DNA of 64,000 bases from Bacteroidales bacterium (lineage in GTDB: Bacteria > Bacteroidota > Bacteroidia > Bacteroidales > Marinilabiliaceae). The notes below the pieces were generated by a model. The model was given only the letters and a program-made list of their open reading frames with translations, did no database searches and was not told the origin of the DNA. A program made the translations under genes and the position numbers. Numbering within the stretch: the first letter of the stretch is position 1; every line of letters begins with the position of its first letter. Below are positions 9,925 to 18,020 of the stretch, one piece after another. The DNA lies in contig JAFYCM010000001.1 of assembly GCA_017539645.1 (NCBI GenBank), positions 23,342 to 87,341 of the forward strand, in the 5' to 3' direction.

Positions 9925-11574
9925 CTATTGCAAAGTAAAGTTCCACTCGAGGGTGCTGGTGTTGCCGCACGCATCGCTGACGACAGTTTTGAGCGTGTGC
10001 GCGCCTTTCGCTATGCCGAGAGTCGATATTTGCGCCTTCAACTTAGCCGTTTTGTAGTCGTAGTCGAGCAGCACCCAACGCCCGTCCACGTAGCAGTTGT
10101 AGGTATCTATGCCGCTCATCTCATCGGTCAGACCAACCATCAAGTAGTGATGACTGTTGAGCACATTACGCGTGTTTTGGGTCACCACTTTAGGTGCAAT
10201 GGTGTCCGTACCTACAGCAAAGCGTCCCATATCGAAAGTCTTGACGGTTAGCGTGTTACCATCGCGCGTGCCGCCTACATATTTCATAACATTCTTATCG
10301 TCGACAATACCTATGAAGAGGTTTCTTCCGTTGCGCATCGCTTCTGGAATGGGCAGTGTAATGGTCATCTTTTTTTGCAGAGGTATGTCTGGCGAACCAA
10401 TTGTGTAAATATTCTGTTTGTAAATGTCAGAATATGAGGTGGTTACGTATATATAATTATCTCTATACATAGCCTCGTGCGGAATAATTACGCTCGCGCC
10501 GTTCGCATCTTTCGTCCACGTCTTTTGCCAATCTACGAGTTCGCCTTGTGGTTTCGCACGGCGAGCGTTGTTGAATTTTTTGCCTATTATGTTGAATGAC
10601 AGCGTTTTCTTATTGCCGGCATAGTCGGTCAGTTCGTAGCGCATAGCGTGTCGTTCGCCATCGCCGATGAATATAGCATCGCGTTTGCGGTAGATTTTCA
10701 GACGGTTGTTCGCCTCCACGAAGCTCTTCTGCACGTAGCGCTTTGTCTGTCGATGTTCGGCAAAATCGATGAAACTATTTATGTAGCGCGTATCGTCGAA
10801 GTTGAATCGGTCGATATGCGAATGAAATTTCAGCACATCATTATCGAAAAGTTTTACGTCCACCACGCCGCACGGACGCCCGCCTTCATCGAAGAAATCC
10901 GTAGCGTGCAAGCCGATGCCAATCTCGCCAAACGCCACAATTGTCTGCTGTGCAACCTCGGTGGCAGTGTAATATTTTTCGGCAAGTCTATTATCTACGT
11001 ACGCATCGTCGTTTTGCGCGTAACATTTTATGCCATAGATAGTTGGCGCAGTGGTGTCGGCAATTTTAGGTATGTATGCAAGCGGATTGAGCGGCTCTTC
11101 GCTCTTGGTGTCGCGCACCTCGAAATGCAAGTGTGGACCGCCAGAACTGCCTGTGTTGCCCGAAAATGCAATCAGTTGACCACGCTTCACCTTCACTGAG
11201 CCCGCCTTTGGAAAAAAATCCACGCTGAACGACTTCTTGCGATACTGCTCGGCTCGAGTGATGCTGTTGAGCGGTGCAGCAAATTCGTTCAAGTGCGCGT
11301 AGACAGTGGTGTGACCGTCGGGATGGTCTATGTAAATAGCTTTGCCATAGCCAAATGGCGAGATTTTTATGCGCGATACGTAGCCGTCCTCCACGGCGAA
11401 GACATTCACGCCGCAAACGCCGTCCGTACGTATATCGATGCCCGAATGGAAGTGATTTTCGCGCAATTCGGCAAACGATGCGCTGAGCACCGAGCGTATC
11501 GGCATTGGGGATATATATTTTTGTGCACTACATACAGTGCTGAATATTAGCAATATAGATAAAGTGAGTTTCAT
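9925..11574 (-). CDS. M23 family metallopeptidase (peptidoglycan endopeptidase-like)
   Basis: Signal peptide present. M23 metal ligand motifs HFHSGIDI (HxxxD) and GGPHLHFEV (HxH). 4-nt overlap with the upstream gene. Confidence 0.9.
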   Translation of the reverse strand: MKLTLSILLIFSTVCSAQKYISPMPIRSVLSASFAELRENHFHSGIDIRTDGVCGVNVFAVEDGYVSRIKISPFGYGKAIYIDHPDGHTTVYAHLNEFAAPLNSITRAEQYRKKSFSVDFFPKAGSVKVKRGQLIAFSGNTGSSGGPHLHFEVRDTKSEEPLNPLAYIPKIADTTAPTIYGIKCYAQNDDAYVDNRLAEKYYTATEVAQQTIVAFGEIGIGLHATDFFDEGGRPCGVVDVKLFDNDVLKFHSHIDRFNFDDTRYINSFIDFAEHRQTKRYVQKSFVEANNRLKIYRKRDAIFIGDGERHAMRYELTDYAGNKKTLSFNIIGKKFNNARRAKPQGELVDWQKTWTKDANGASVIIPHEAMYRDNYIYVTTSYSDIYKQNIYTIGSPDIPLQKKMTITLPIPEAMRNGRNLFIGIVDDKNVMKYVGGTRDGNTLTVKTFDMGRFAVGTDTIAPKVVTQNTRNVLNSHHYLMVGLTDEMSGIDTYNCYVDGRWVLLDYDYKTAKLKAQISTLGIAKGAHTLKTVVSDACGNTSTLEWNFTLQ

Positions 11575-12302
11575 CGTTTATTCATAAAATCGGTAGCCGT
11601 CTGCAACTTCTCCACAGTGCCCACATCGAACCAATAATATTGGCTATCGAGCGCTATTTCGCCAATGTTGAATTTCGGCGCGCATTGTAGATATGCATCT
11701 ATTATGGGGAATGGACGCACGGGCATCATGTCGCGTATAACGTCTTGATTTATAATATGAAAACCGCAAAATGCCGATTCGTGTAGCGAGTCCGATTCGC
11801 GTGGCATTTTCACCTCGCCAGTCGTTTTGTTGGTCCAGCCACAAAGGCGGTTTGTGCCGTCGAAAAGCAATTGGCGCGTAGAGTTACGCGTGCGAGTGAT
11901 GAGCGTTGCGTCGCGGCCAGATTTCACATGCTCGGCATAGAGTTCGCCAATGGGTGCATTGCTAAGCACATCGGCATTGCCAATCGCAATCGGCTCATCA
12001 TTAGCGAAATACTGGAGTGCGTTGGCAAGCCCGCCGCCCGTGTCGAGCAGAAGTTCGCTCTCGTCGGAGATGACGAAATCCACACCGCGACACAGATTTT
12101 TATGCGTATTTACGTACGTAATTATTTGCTCGGCAAAGTGATGCACGTTTATAACTATTTGTGTAGCACCGCCTTCGACGAAATTTTCAATGGCGTATTG
12201 CAACAGCGGTTTGCCATTTATCTCCACCAAAGCTTTTGGACGCGTGTTGGTGAGCGGCGCAAGGCGAGTGCCAAGGCCTGCAGCGAAAATCATTGCGTTC
12301 AT
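11571..12302 (-). CDS. murU: Sugar-1-phosphate nucleotidyltransferase, MurU-like (N-acetylmuramate alpha-1-phosphate uridylyltransferase candidate)
   Basis: MIFAAGLGTRLAPLTNTRPKALVEINGKPLL is the G-x-G-T-R-L NTP-transferase motif. The size (243 aa) fits, and an ATGA overlap links it to the preceding AmgK-type kinase gene, matching the AmgK-MurU pair arrangement. Confidence 0.75.
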   Translation of the reverse strand: MNAMIFAAGLGTRLAPLTNTRPKALVEINGKPLLQYAIENFVEGGATQIVINVHHFAEQIITYVNTHKNLCRGVDFVISDESELLLDTGGGLANALQYFANDEPIAIGNADVLSNAPIGELYAEHVKSGRDATLITRTRNSTRQLLFDGTNRLCGWTNKTTGEVKMPRESDSLHESAFCGFHIINQDVIRDMMPVRPFPIIDAYLQCAPKFNIGEIALDSQYYWFDVGTVEKLQTATDFMNKR

Positions 12303-13717
12303 TGGTTCAACTGTTTTTGTTCCCAGTGGCGCAGGTCAACGTCCACATCGTAAGTTTTCTTGAGCCATTCGGCCATTCTGTCGGCGCACCACACCGAGCG
12401 ATGTTGTCCGCCCGTGCAGCCGAAACTTACCGAGAGGTTCGTGAATCCGCGTTCCATATATCGCTCAACGCTCTGACCAACAAGCGTATACGCAGCCTCG
12501 AGGAACGTGTTCATCTTAGCTTGCACGCCATCGAAAAATGCCTTCACCTCGGCATCGCGACCCGTGAGTTGCTTGTATTGTTCGTAGCGACCAGGGTTGG
12601 GAAGAGCTCGGCAGTCGAACACAAAACCGCCGCCATTGCCCGAGTTGTCGTTAGGTATGCCGTGTTTGTACGAAAACGAAGACACATGCACCGTCAGCCG
12701 ACCGCTCTTGCTGATATTTTGCAAATCCTCATTGTTGCAAACGGCTTCGAGAGCCTTGCGAAGTTCAGGAATATCAATAGGTATGGGTTGTCGGAGTACC
12801 TCGCGCAAGTTGTTTATAGCGAACGGAATGCTACGCAGAAAATGCGTCTTGCGCTCGAAAAATCCGCGGTAGCCATACGCGCCCATAGCCTGCATAATTC
12901 TTATAAGTACGTATGCATAATAATACTTTTCGAAATCCTTCTGCTCGTCTGTGCTTAGGTGGCTAACATATTCTGCCAGAAGTTCTTTGCGCACATCGGC
13001 AGGAATGTCGGCTTTGGCATCGTAGAGCAGCGAAGCTACGTCGTATTGCAGTGCTCCTCGGCGTCCGCCTTGATAGTCGATGTAATATGGCACATCGTTG
13101 ACTATCATGATATTACGGCTCTGGAAATCTCTGTAAAGAAAATACTTACAGTCGGGCTGGAGGAGAAAGTCGATGAGCGTGCGGAAGTCGTTTTCCAAAT
13201 ATTGCTCATCGAATTGGATATGGGCTAATTTCAGAAAATAATACTTGAAATAGTTCAAATCCCACGTCATACTTTGGTTGTCGAACGCATCGCGTGGATA
13301 GCATTTGTCGAAGTCGATTCGTTCACGTCCAACGTGCTGAATTTCAATGAGGTCGGCGAGTATTTTTTTGTAAATATCTATAAGATGCTGCGTGAATCGA
13401 CCACCATTTTCGGCACGTTCGCGCGTGAGGAGCGAGAAGAGCGTCTCGTCGCCCAAATCCTCTTGCAAGTAAATATTATAGTTTGTGTCGGTAGCATAGA
13501 GTTTTGGCACGCGAATGCCGCCATCGAGCAGCGAACGAGAGAAGCTGAAGAAGGCTTCGTTTTCGCGCATGTCGGTGCTATAAACGCCTATGGCAGAGTT
13601 TGTTGCGTTCTTTAGCCGGAAATATTTCCTATTCGAACCCGATTGTGGCAGAGCGTCGATAGTATCGGCAGCCTTGCCGCACCATTTCTCGAAAAGGTGG
13701 TTGAGCATATCGTTCAT
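12299..13717 (-). CDS. amgK: AmgK-like anomeric sugar kinase (APH/phosphotransferase fold) fused to a RapZ C-terminal-like domain
   Basis: aa 1-330 show an APH-type kinase: SGSNRKYFRL, and catalytic loop FLYRDFQSRNIMIVNDVPYYIDYQGGRRGALQYDVASLL. aa 340-465 read LTVHVSSFSYKHGIP...FVFDCRALPNPGR...LTG.D..V..F...LSVSFGCTGGQHRSVW. This aligns motif by motif with the E. coli RapZ CTD (FSFGFKHGIP, FDVRFLPNPHW, VAIGCTGGKHRSV). Confidence 0.8.
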   Translation of the reverse strand: MNDMLNHLFEKWCGKAADTIDALPQSGSNRKYFRLKNATNSAIGVYSTDMRENEAFFSFSRSLLDGGIRVPKLYATDTNYNIYLQEDLGDETLFSLLTRERAENGGRFTQHLIDIYKKILADLIEIQHVGRERIDFDKCYPRDAFDNQSMTWDLNYFKYYFLKLAHIQFDEQYLENDFRTLIDFLLQPDCKYFLYRDFQSRNIMIVNDVPYYIDYQGGRRGALQYDVASLLYDAKADIPADVRKELLAEYVSHLSTDEQKDFEKYYYAYVLIRIMQAMGAYGYRGFFERKTHFLRSIPFAINNLREVLRQPIPIDIPELRKALEAVCNNEDLQNISKSGRLTVHVSSFSYKHGIPNDNSGNGGGFVFDCRALPNPGRYEQYKQLTGRDAEVKAFFDGVQAKMNTFLEAAYTLVGQSVERYMERGFTNLSVSFGCTGGQHRSVWCADRMAEWLKKTYDVDVDLRHWEQKQLNQ

Positions 13718-13722
13718 GGCGC

Positions 13723-14334
13723 TTAGAAATTGCTGAGTTCAACAAACAAGCGCTGTGTGGGCAATCCCATAACGTTTTGAAAACTTCCCTCGATATGCCC
13801 GATACCTATTGCGCCAATCCACTCTTGAATGCCGTATGCGCCAGCTTTATCTGTTGGTTTATAGTGTTTTACGTAGTAATTAATGATGTCTTCGTCCATC
13901 GGGCGCATAAGCACTTTGGTCTTGGCCGAAAACGAAACTTGCTTCTCGGCCGTAGTTATAGCCACGCCCGAAATCACCCGATGTGAGCGACCTTGCAACT
14001 TAGTGAGCAGCTCTTTAGCGGCTTCTTGATCTTTGGGCTTGCCAATAATCTCTTTGTCGAGAATAACTATTGTGTCGGCAGTGATTATCAGCGTATTAGG
14101 GTCGGCAAGGAGGTCGCGGTACGCTTCGGCTTTTTTGCGCGCGAGATACTCTGGCACATCCTTGGTTTTCAGATTTTTAGGGTAATCTTCGTCAACTCCT
14201 TTGCGCACAATCGAGTCGAACTTAACATCCATAAGGCTCAACAATTCTTGGCGTCGTGGCGAATTGCTTGCTAATATTATTCGGTATTTCTTCAGATTTT
14301 CGAGCATCTCGTATGCTTTTGGTTGTAACTGCAA
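13723..14334 (-). CDS. maf: Maf family nucleoside triphosphate pyrophosphatase
   Basis: YRIILASNSPRRQELL, ADTIV and KAGAYGIQ motifs. A likely alternative start is at 14307 (MLENLKKY). Confidence 0.9.
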   Translation of the reverse strand: MQLQPKAYEMLENLKKYRIILASNSPRRQELLSLMDVKFDSIVRKGVDEDYPKNLKTKDVPEYLARKKAEAYRDLLADPNTLIITADTIVILDKEIIGKPKDQEAAKELLTKLQGRSHRVISGVAITTAEKQVSFSAKTKVLMRPMDEDIINYYVKHYKPTDKAGAYGIQEWIGAIGIGHIEGSFQNVMGLPTQRLFVELSNF

Positions 14335-14481
14335 AGTTACGGAAATCGTCGTGCTTTCAGTTAGCTATATACCACCGAAATGTAGCTATGTGTGAAATAA
14401 TTATTGTAAACGTCCACGTTTTTGTAGTCTGTTTACCCAAAGTCTATTCCTTATAGTGTGTATTTACGGATTACAAAAAAG

Positions 14482-15321
14482 TCAGTTTATCGCGGCTCTG
14501 TCTAAGCGCTCGGGAAATACAATTTTTATTTGTGGAGTTTCGGCGGTTTCGGTGGTAACGGTGAAAACTTCGCCAGCCTCATAACGGCTTGCAGTAGAGA
14601 TATTTATTCTGTCGGCAAACTCTGCGAAAGCTTTTAGGGCAATTTGTGGGCGGTTGTTGTCGGCACTGAGGTGCGAGAGGATAAGCGTATGTAGACACGG
14701 AGCATCCACGGCGCGAACGATGTCGGCCGCTTGCGCATTCGACAGGTGACCTTTGTCGGATAGTATGCGCTGTTTGAGTTGTGCAGGATATTTGCCAGCG
14801 CGAAGCATCTCCTCGTCGTAGTTCGATTCGAGAAACGCAACGTGGCATTTTGCCAAATTCTCTACTAATCCCTCGCACGAACAACCAATATCTGTAAATA
14901 CGCCAATATTTATGTCGCCACACTCCACACGGAAGCTACAAGGCTCTATCACGTCGTGGGGTTTCGAGAAACTATGCACTTTTATGTCGCCAATGCATGT
15001 GACACCATCTACGTCGATACGTATGGGCGGATTTTTAGGCATGTAATAGGTACGCATTCCCTCTGCCGTACCGCGTGTCATGTAGGCTGGAATGTTCAGA
15101 CGATCGCAAAGCACGTGAAGACCACGCACATGGTCGGAATGCTCGTGCGACACAAACACCGCCTTTACCCTATTTATATCTATTTTACGCTGAGTGGCGC
15201 GCTTCAATATTTGTTTTGCACTAATGCCAGCATCTACCAAAATTGCCTCTTCGCCATACTCTATATAGTAGGCATTTCCATTACTTCCCGATGCTATCGA
15301 ACAAATTCTAACCGTCTTCAC
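14482..15321 (-). CDS. MBL-fold metallo-hydrolase
   Basis: HxHxDH motif VSHEHSDHVRGL, plus downstream His/Asp ligands (ESNYD, HLS). Confidence 0.85.
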   Translation of the reverse strand: MKTVRICSIASGSNGNAYYIEYGEEAILVDAGISAKQILKRATQRKIDINRVKAVFVSHEHSDHVRGLHVLCDRLNIPAYMTRGTAEGMRTYYMPKNPPIRIDVDGVTCIGDIKVHSFSKPHDVIEPCSFRVECGDINIGVFTDIGCSCEGLVENLAKCHVAFLESNYDEEMLRAGKYPAQLKQRILSDKGHLSNAQAADIVRAVDAPCLHTLILSHLSADNNRPQIALKAFAEFADRINISTASRYEAGEVFTVTTETAETPQIKIVFPERLDRAAIN

Positions 15322-15365
15322 AATTGATTATTAATACAGATTGCAAAGAAAAGAAATTCATTCGG

Positions 15366-15373
15366 TATTTTTG
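15366..15373 (+). promoter_or_regulatory. Bacteroidetes-type -7 promoter box (TAnnTTTG) for the HAD hydrolase gene
   Basis: TATTTTTG, 38 nt upstream of ATG 15411. Confidence 0.5.
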
Positions 15374-15410
15374 CGCCCGTTTTATAGCGATAAACAATTA
15401 ATAACGACCG

Positions 15411-16085
15411 ATGGCAATAAAAGCAGTTTTCTTCGATATGGACGGCGTTCTCTACGACAGTATGCCTATTCACGCCAAATCGTGGGTGGCAACATTTGCA
15501 GCCGAGGGCATCTCGTTCGAGCCTAAGGACGCCTACATCAACGAAGGACGCACGGGAAGTAGCACCATAAATACGGTATACAATCGCTTGTTTGGTCACG
15601 ATGCTACCGATGAAGATGTTAAGCGTATCTATGGACGCAAAACACAAATAGTAGATACGTTCCCGCCTGCACCAAAGATGAAAGGCATGGCAGAACTTAT
15701 CACGTGGCTTCGCAATAATAATATTCAAACGTTTGTAGTTACAGGCTCGCGCCAGCCGTCGCTTGTGAACAAACTCGGACACGACTTTGGTTTCGATGTC
15801 GATCACATCATCAGCGGTGCCGACGTGAAGCGTGGCAAACCCGACCCAGAACCATACCTCATTGCCGTGGATCGTGCCCAGGTGAGCGCTGCTGACTGCG
15901 TAGTGGTAGAAAATGCGCCGCTTGGCATTCGTGCGTCGAAAGCCGCTAACATATTTACGGTGGCTGTAAATACGGGCGACCTCGAAGATAGCTACCTTCT
16001 CAACGAAGGCGCCGACATACTTCTCGGTTCAACTGAAGAGTTGTCGGAAGCGTGGAGAAATGGGGAATTGAAAATTGAAAGTTGA
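15411..16085 (+). CDS. HAD-IA family hydrolase (beta-phosphoglucomutase/phosphatase-like)
   Basis: Motif I FFDMDGVLYDS, motif II VVTGS, motif III KRGKPDPEPY, motif IV VVENAPLG. Confidence 0.88.
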   Translation: MAIKAVFFDMDGVLYDSMPIHAKSWVATFAAEGISFEPKDAYINEGRTGSSTINTVYNRLFGHDATDEDVKRIYGRKTQIVDTFPPAPKMKGMAELITWLRNNNIQTFVVTGSRQPSLVNKLGHDFGFDVDHIISGADVKRGKPDPEPYLIAVDRAQVSAADCVVVENAPLGIRASKAANIFTVAVNTGDLEDSYLLNEGADILLGSTEELSEAWRNGELKIES

Positions 16086-16197
16086 GAATTGAAAATTCAA
16101 AATTCATAATTGAACTTTGAACCTTGAACTTTGAACTCTAAACTTTGAACTTAGAACAACTTACAACTCACTAACTTAGAACTTATAACTTACAATA
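16065..16197. repeat. Low-complexity TTGAA(A/C)TT / GAACTT microrepeat block spanning the HAD gene stop and the argS upstream region
   Basis: gaattgaaaattgaaagttgagaattgaaaattcaaaattcataattgaactttgaaccttgaactttgaactctaaactttgaacttagaacaacttacaactcactaacttagaacttataactt. Confidence 0.7.
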
Positions 16198-18015
16198 ATG
16201 ATAGAACAACAAATTGCGCAATCTGTAGCTAATGCAGTGCAAAAGCTCTATGGTGAGAGCATCGAACCTGATAAAATACAAGTAGTGGTTACCCGCAAAG
16301 ATCAAGTGGGCGACTACACCGTTGTGGTATTTCCGTTGCTTCGTTTATCGAAGAAATCGCCCGACGTTACTGGTAAGGAACTTGGCGAAGCTATCGTGGC
16401 TGATGTGAAAGCCGTCGACAAATTCGAAGTGATAAAAGGATTCTTGAACCTCTGCTTGTCGAAAGATTATTGGGCCGACAAACTTGCCGCTGCCGCAGCC
16501 GACGATAATTATGGCTTCCGCAAGGCAGAAAGCTACTCGCCTCAAGTGATGATTGAATATTCATCGCCAAACACCAACAAACCGCTGCACCTTGGCCACA
16601 TGCGTAATATTTTGCTCGGTTATTCTCTATCGCGCCTTGTGGAGGCCAACGGCAACCGCGTGATAAAGACCAACATCGTCAACGACCGCGGTATACATAT
16701 TTGCAAAAGTATGCTCGCTTGGAAACGTTGGGGCAACAATATCACTCCCGAACAGGCTGGCAAGAAGGGCGATCACCTTGTAGGCGACTTCTACGTAAAA
16801 TTCGACGTAGAATACAAAAAAGAGCTCAAGAGCATCATGGAGAACGATGCCGAAGTGCGTGCCATTGCCGACGAAGAGGAACGCAAAGCCGCTGCCGAAG
16901 CTAAATCGGAAATCATGGCTGAAGCTCGCGAGATGCTTCGCAAATGGGAGGCTGGCGACAAAGAGGTGCGCGACCTCTGGGAAATGATGAACAACTGGGT
17001 TTATGCTGGCTTCGACGATACGTACAAGATGCTCGGCATAGATTTCGATAAGATTTATTACGAATCTAATACTTACAAAATAGGCAAAGAGCAGGTGCTC
17101 GAGGGCCTCAAGAATGGCGCTTTCTATCGCCGCGACGATGGCTCTGTTTGGGCCGACCTCACCAAAGATGGTCTCGACGAGAAACTCCTTCTCCGCAAAG
17201 ACGGCACCAGCGTATACATGACTCAAGATATTGGTACGGCAAAGACTCGCTTCAACGACTACCAAATCGACAAGATGATTTATGTGGTTGGCAACGAGCA
17301 GAACTACCATTTCCAAGTGCTCTCTATCCTCCTCGACCGTCTTGGTTTCAAGTGGGGCAAAGACCTCATGCACTATAGCTATGGCATGGTAGAGCTCCCC
17401 GAAGGCAAGATGAAGAGCCGCGAAGGTACCGTTGTCGATGCTGATGACCTCATTGCCGACATGATCGACTCGGCTCGCGAAATGAGCAAAGAGCGCGGCA
17501 AACTCGAAGGCTACACCGCCGAAGAGGCAGAAAATACATTCCGCATCTTGGCGCTCGGTGCTCTCAAATATTTCATTTTGAAAGTCGACCCAAAGAAGAA
17601 TATGACCTTCAACCCTAAGGAGTCTATCGATTTCAACGGCAACACAGGTCCATTCATTCAATATTCATACGCGCGTATTCGTTCGCTCATGCGCAAGGCT
17701 GCCGATTCTAACTACGAATTGCCTACCACGCTCAAAGCAGAACTTTTGGAAGACAAAGAGCTTCAACTCATACGTATCATCGACCAATTCCCAGCTATCG
17801 TGGCCGATGCAGGCAAGGTATATAGCCCAGCTATCATAGCTAATTATGTATACGACCTCGCTTGCGAATACAACCAATTCTACCACGATTATCCAATGCT
17901 CCGCGAAGAAGATGCTGCAAAACGTGGCAACCGTCTTCTCATCAGCAACGTGGTATCTAACGTGCTCAAACGCGCAATGTGGATTCTTGGCATAGAGATG
18001 CCCGAACGCATGTAA
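16198..18015 (+). CDS. argS: Arginine--tRNA ligase
   Basis: 605 aa. HIGH-type motif NKPLHLGHMRN, KMSKS-like GKMKSREG, and a DALR anticodon-binding C-terminus ending ...MPERM. Confidence 0.95.
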   Translation: MIEQQIAQSVANAVQKLYGESIEPDKIQVVVTRKDQVGDYTVVVFPLLRLSKKSPDVTGKELGEAIVADVKAVDKFEVIKGFLNLCLSKDYWADKLAAAAADDNYGFRKAESYSPQVMIEYSSPNTNKPLHLGHMRNILLGYSLSRLVEANGNRVIKTNIVNDRGIHICKSMLAWKRWGNNITPEQAGKKGDHLVGDFYVKFDVEYKKELKSIMENDAEVRAIADEEERKAAAEAKSEIMAEAREMLRKWEAGDKEVRDLWEMMNNWVYAGFDDTYKMLGIDFDKIYYESNTYKIGKEQVLEGLKNGAFYRRDDGSVWADLTKDGLDEKLLLRKDGTSVYMTQDIGTAKTRFNDYQIDKMIYVVGNEQNYHFQVLSILLDRLGFKWGKDLMHYSYGMVELPEGKMKSREGTVVDADDLIADMIDSAREMSKERGKLEGYTAEEAENTFRILALGALKYFILKVDPKKNMTFNPKESIDFNGNTGPFIQYSYARIRSLMRKAADSNYELPTTLKAELLEDKELQLIRIIDQFPAIVADAGKVYSPAIIANYVYDLACEYNQFYHDYPMLREEDAAKRGNRLLISNVVSNVLKRAMWILGIEMPERM

Positions 18016-18020
18016 ATAAT

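Noticed and set aside
16065-16197. Possible CRISPR-like or minisatellite array
   Set aside because: The units are short (7-14 nt), degenerate and contiguous, with no unique spacers of constant length, and no cas genes are nearby. I classified it as a low-complexity microrepeat.
16627-17661. 344-aa minus-strand ORF inside argS
   Set aside because: It is opposite the unmistakable arginyl-tRNA synthetase frame and is a shadow ORF.
17979-18020. N-terminal extensions offered by the ORF track (also 4581-4631, 20280-20402, 36050-36103, 46497-46511, 47143-47385, 48097-48141)
   Set aside because: The extensions overlap upstream genes or terminators, use non-ATG starts, or precede an internal ATG that yields a canonical N-terminus (signal peptide, S15 start, DUF3109 start). 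I used the internal starts.
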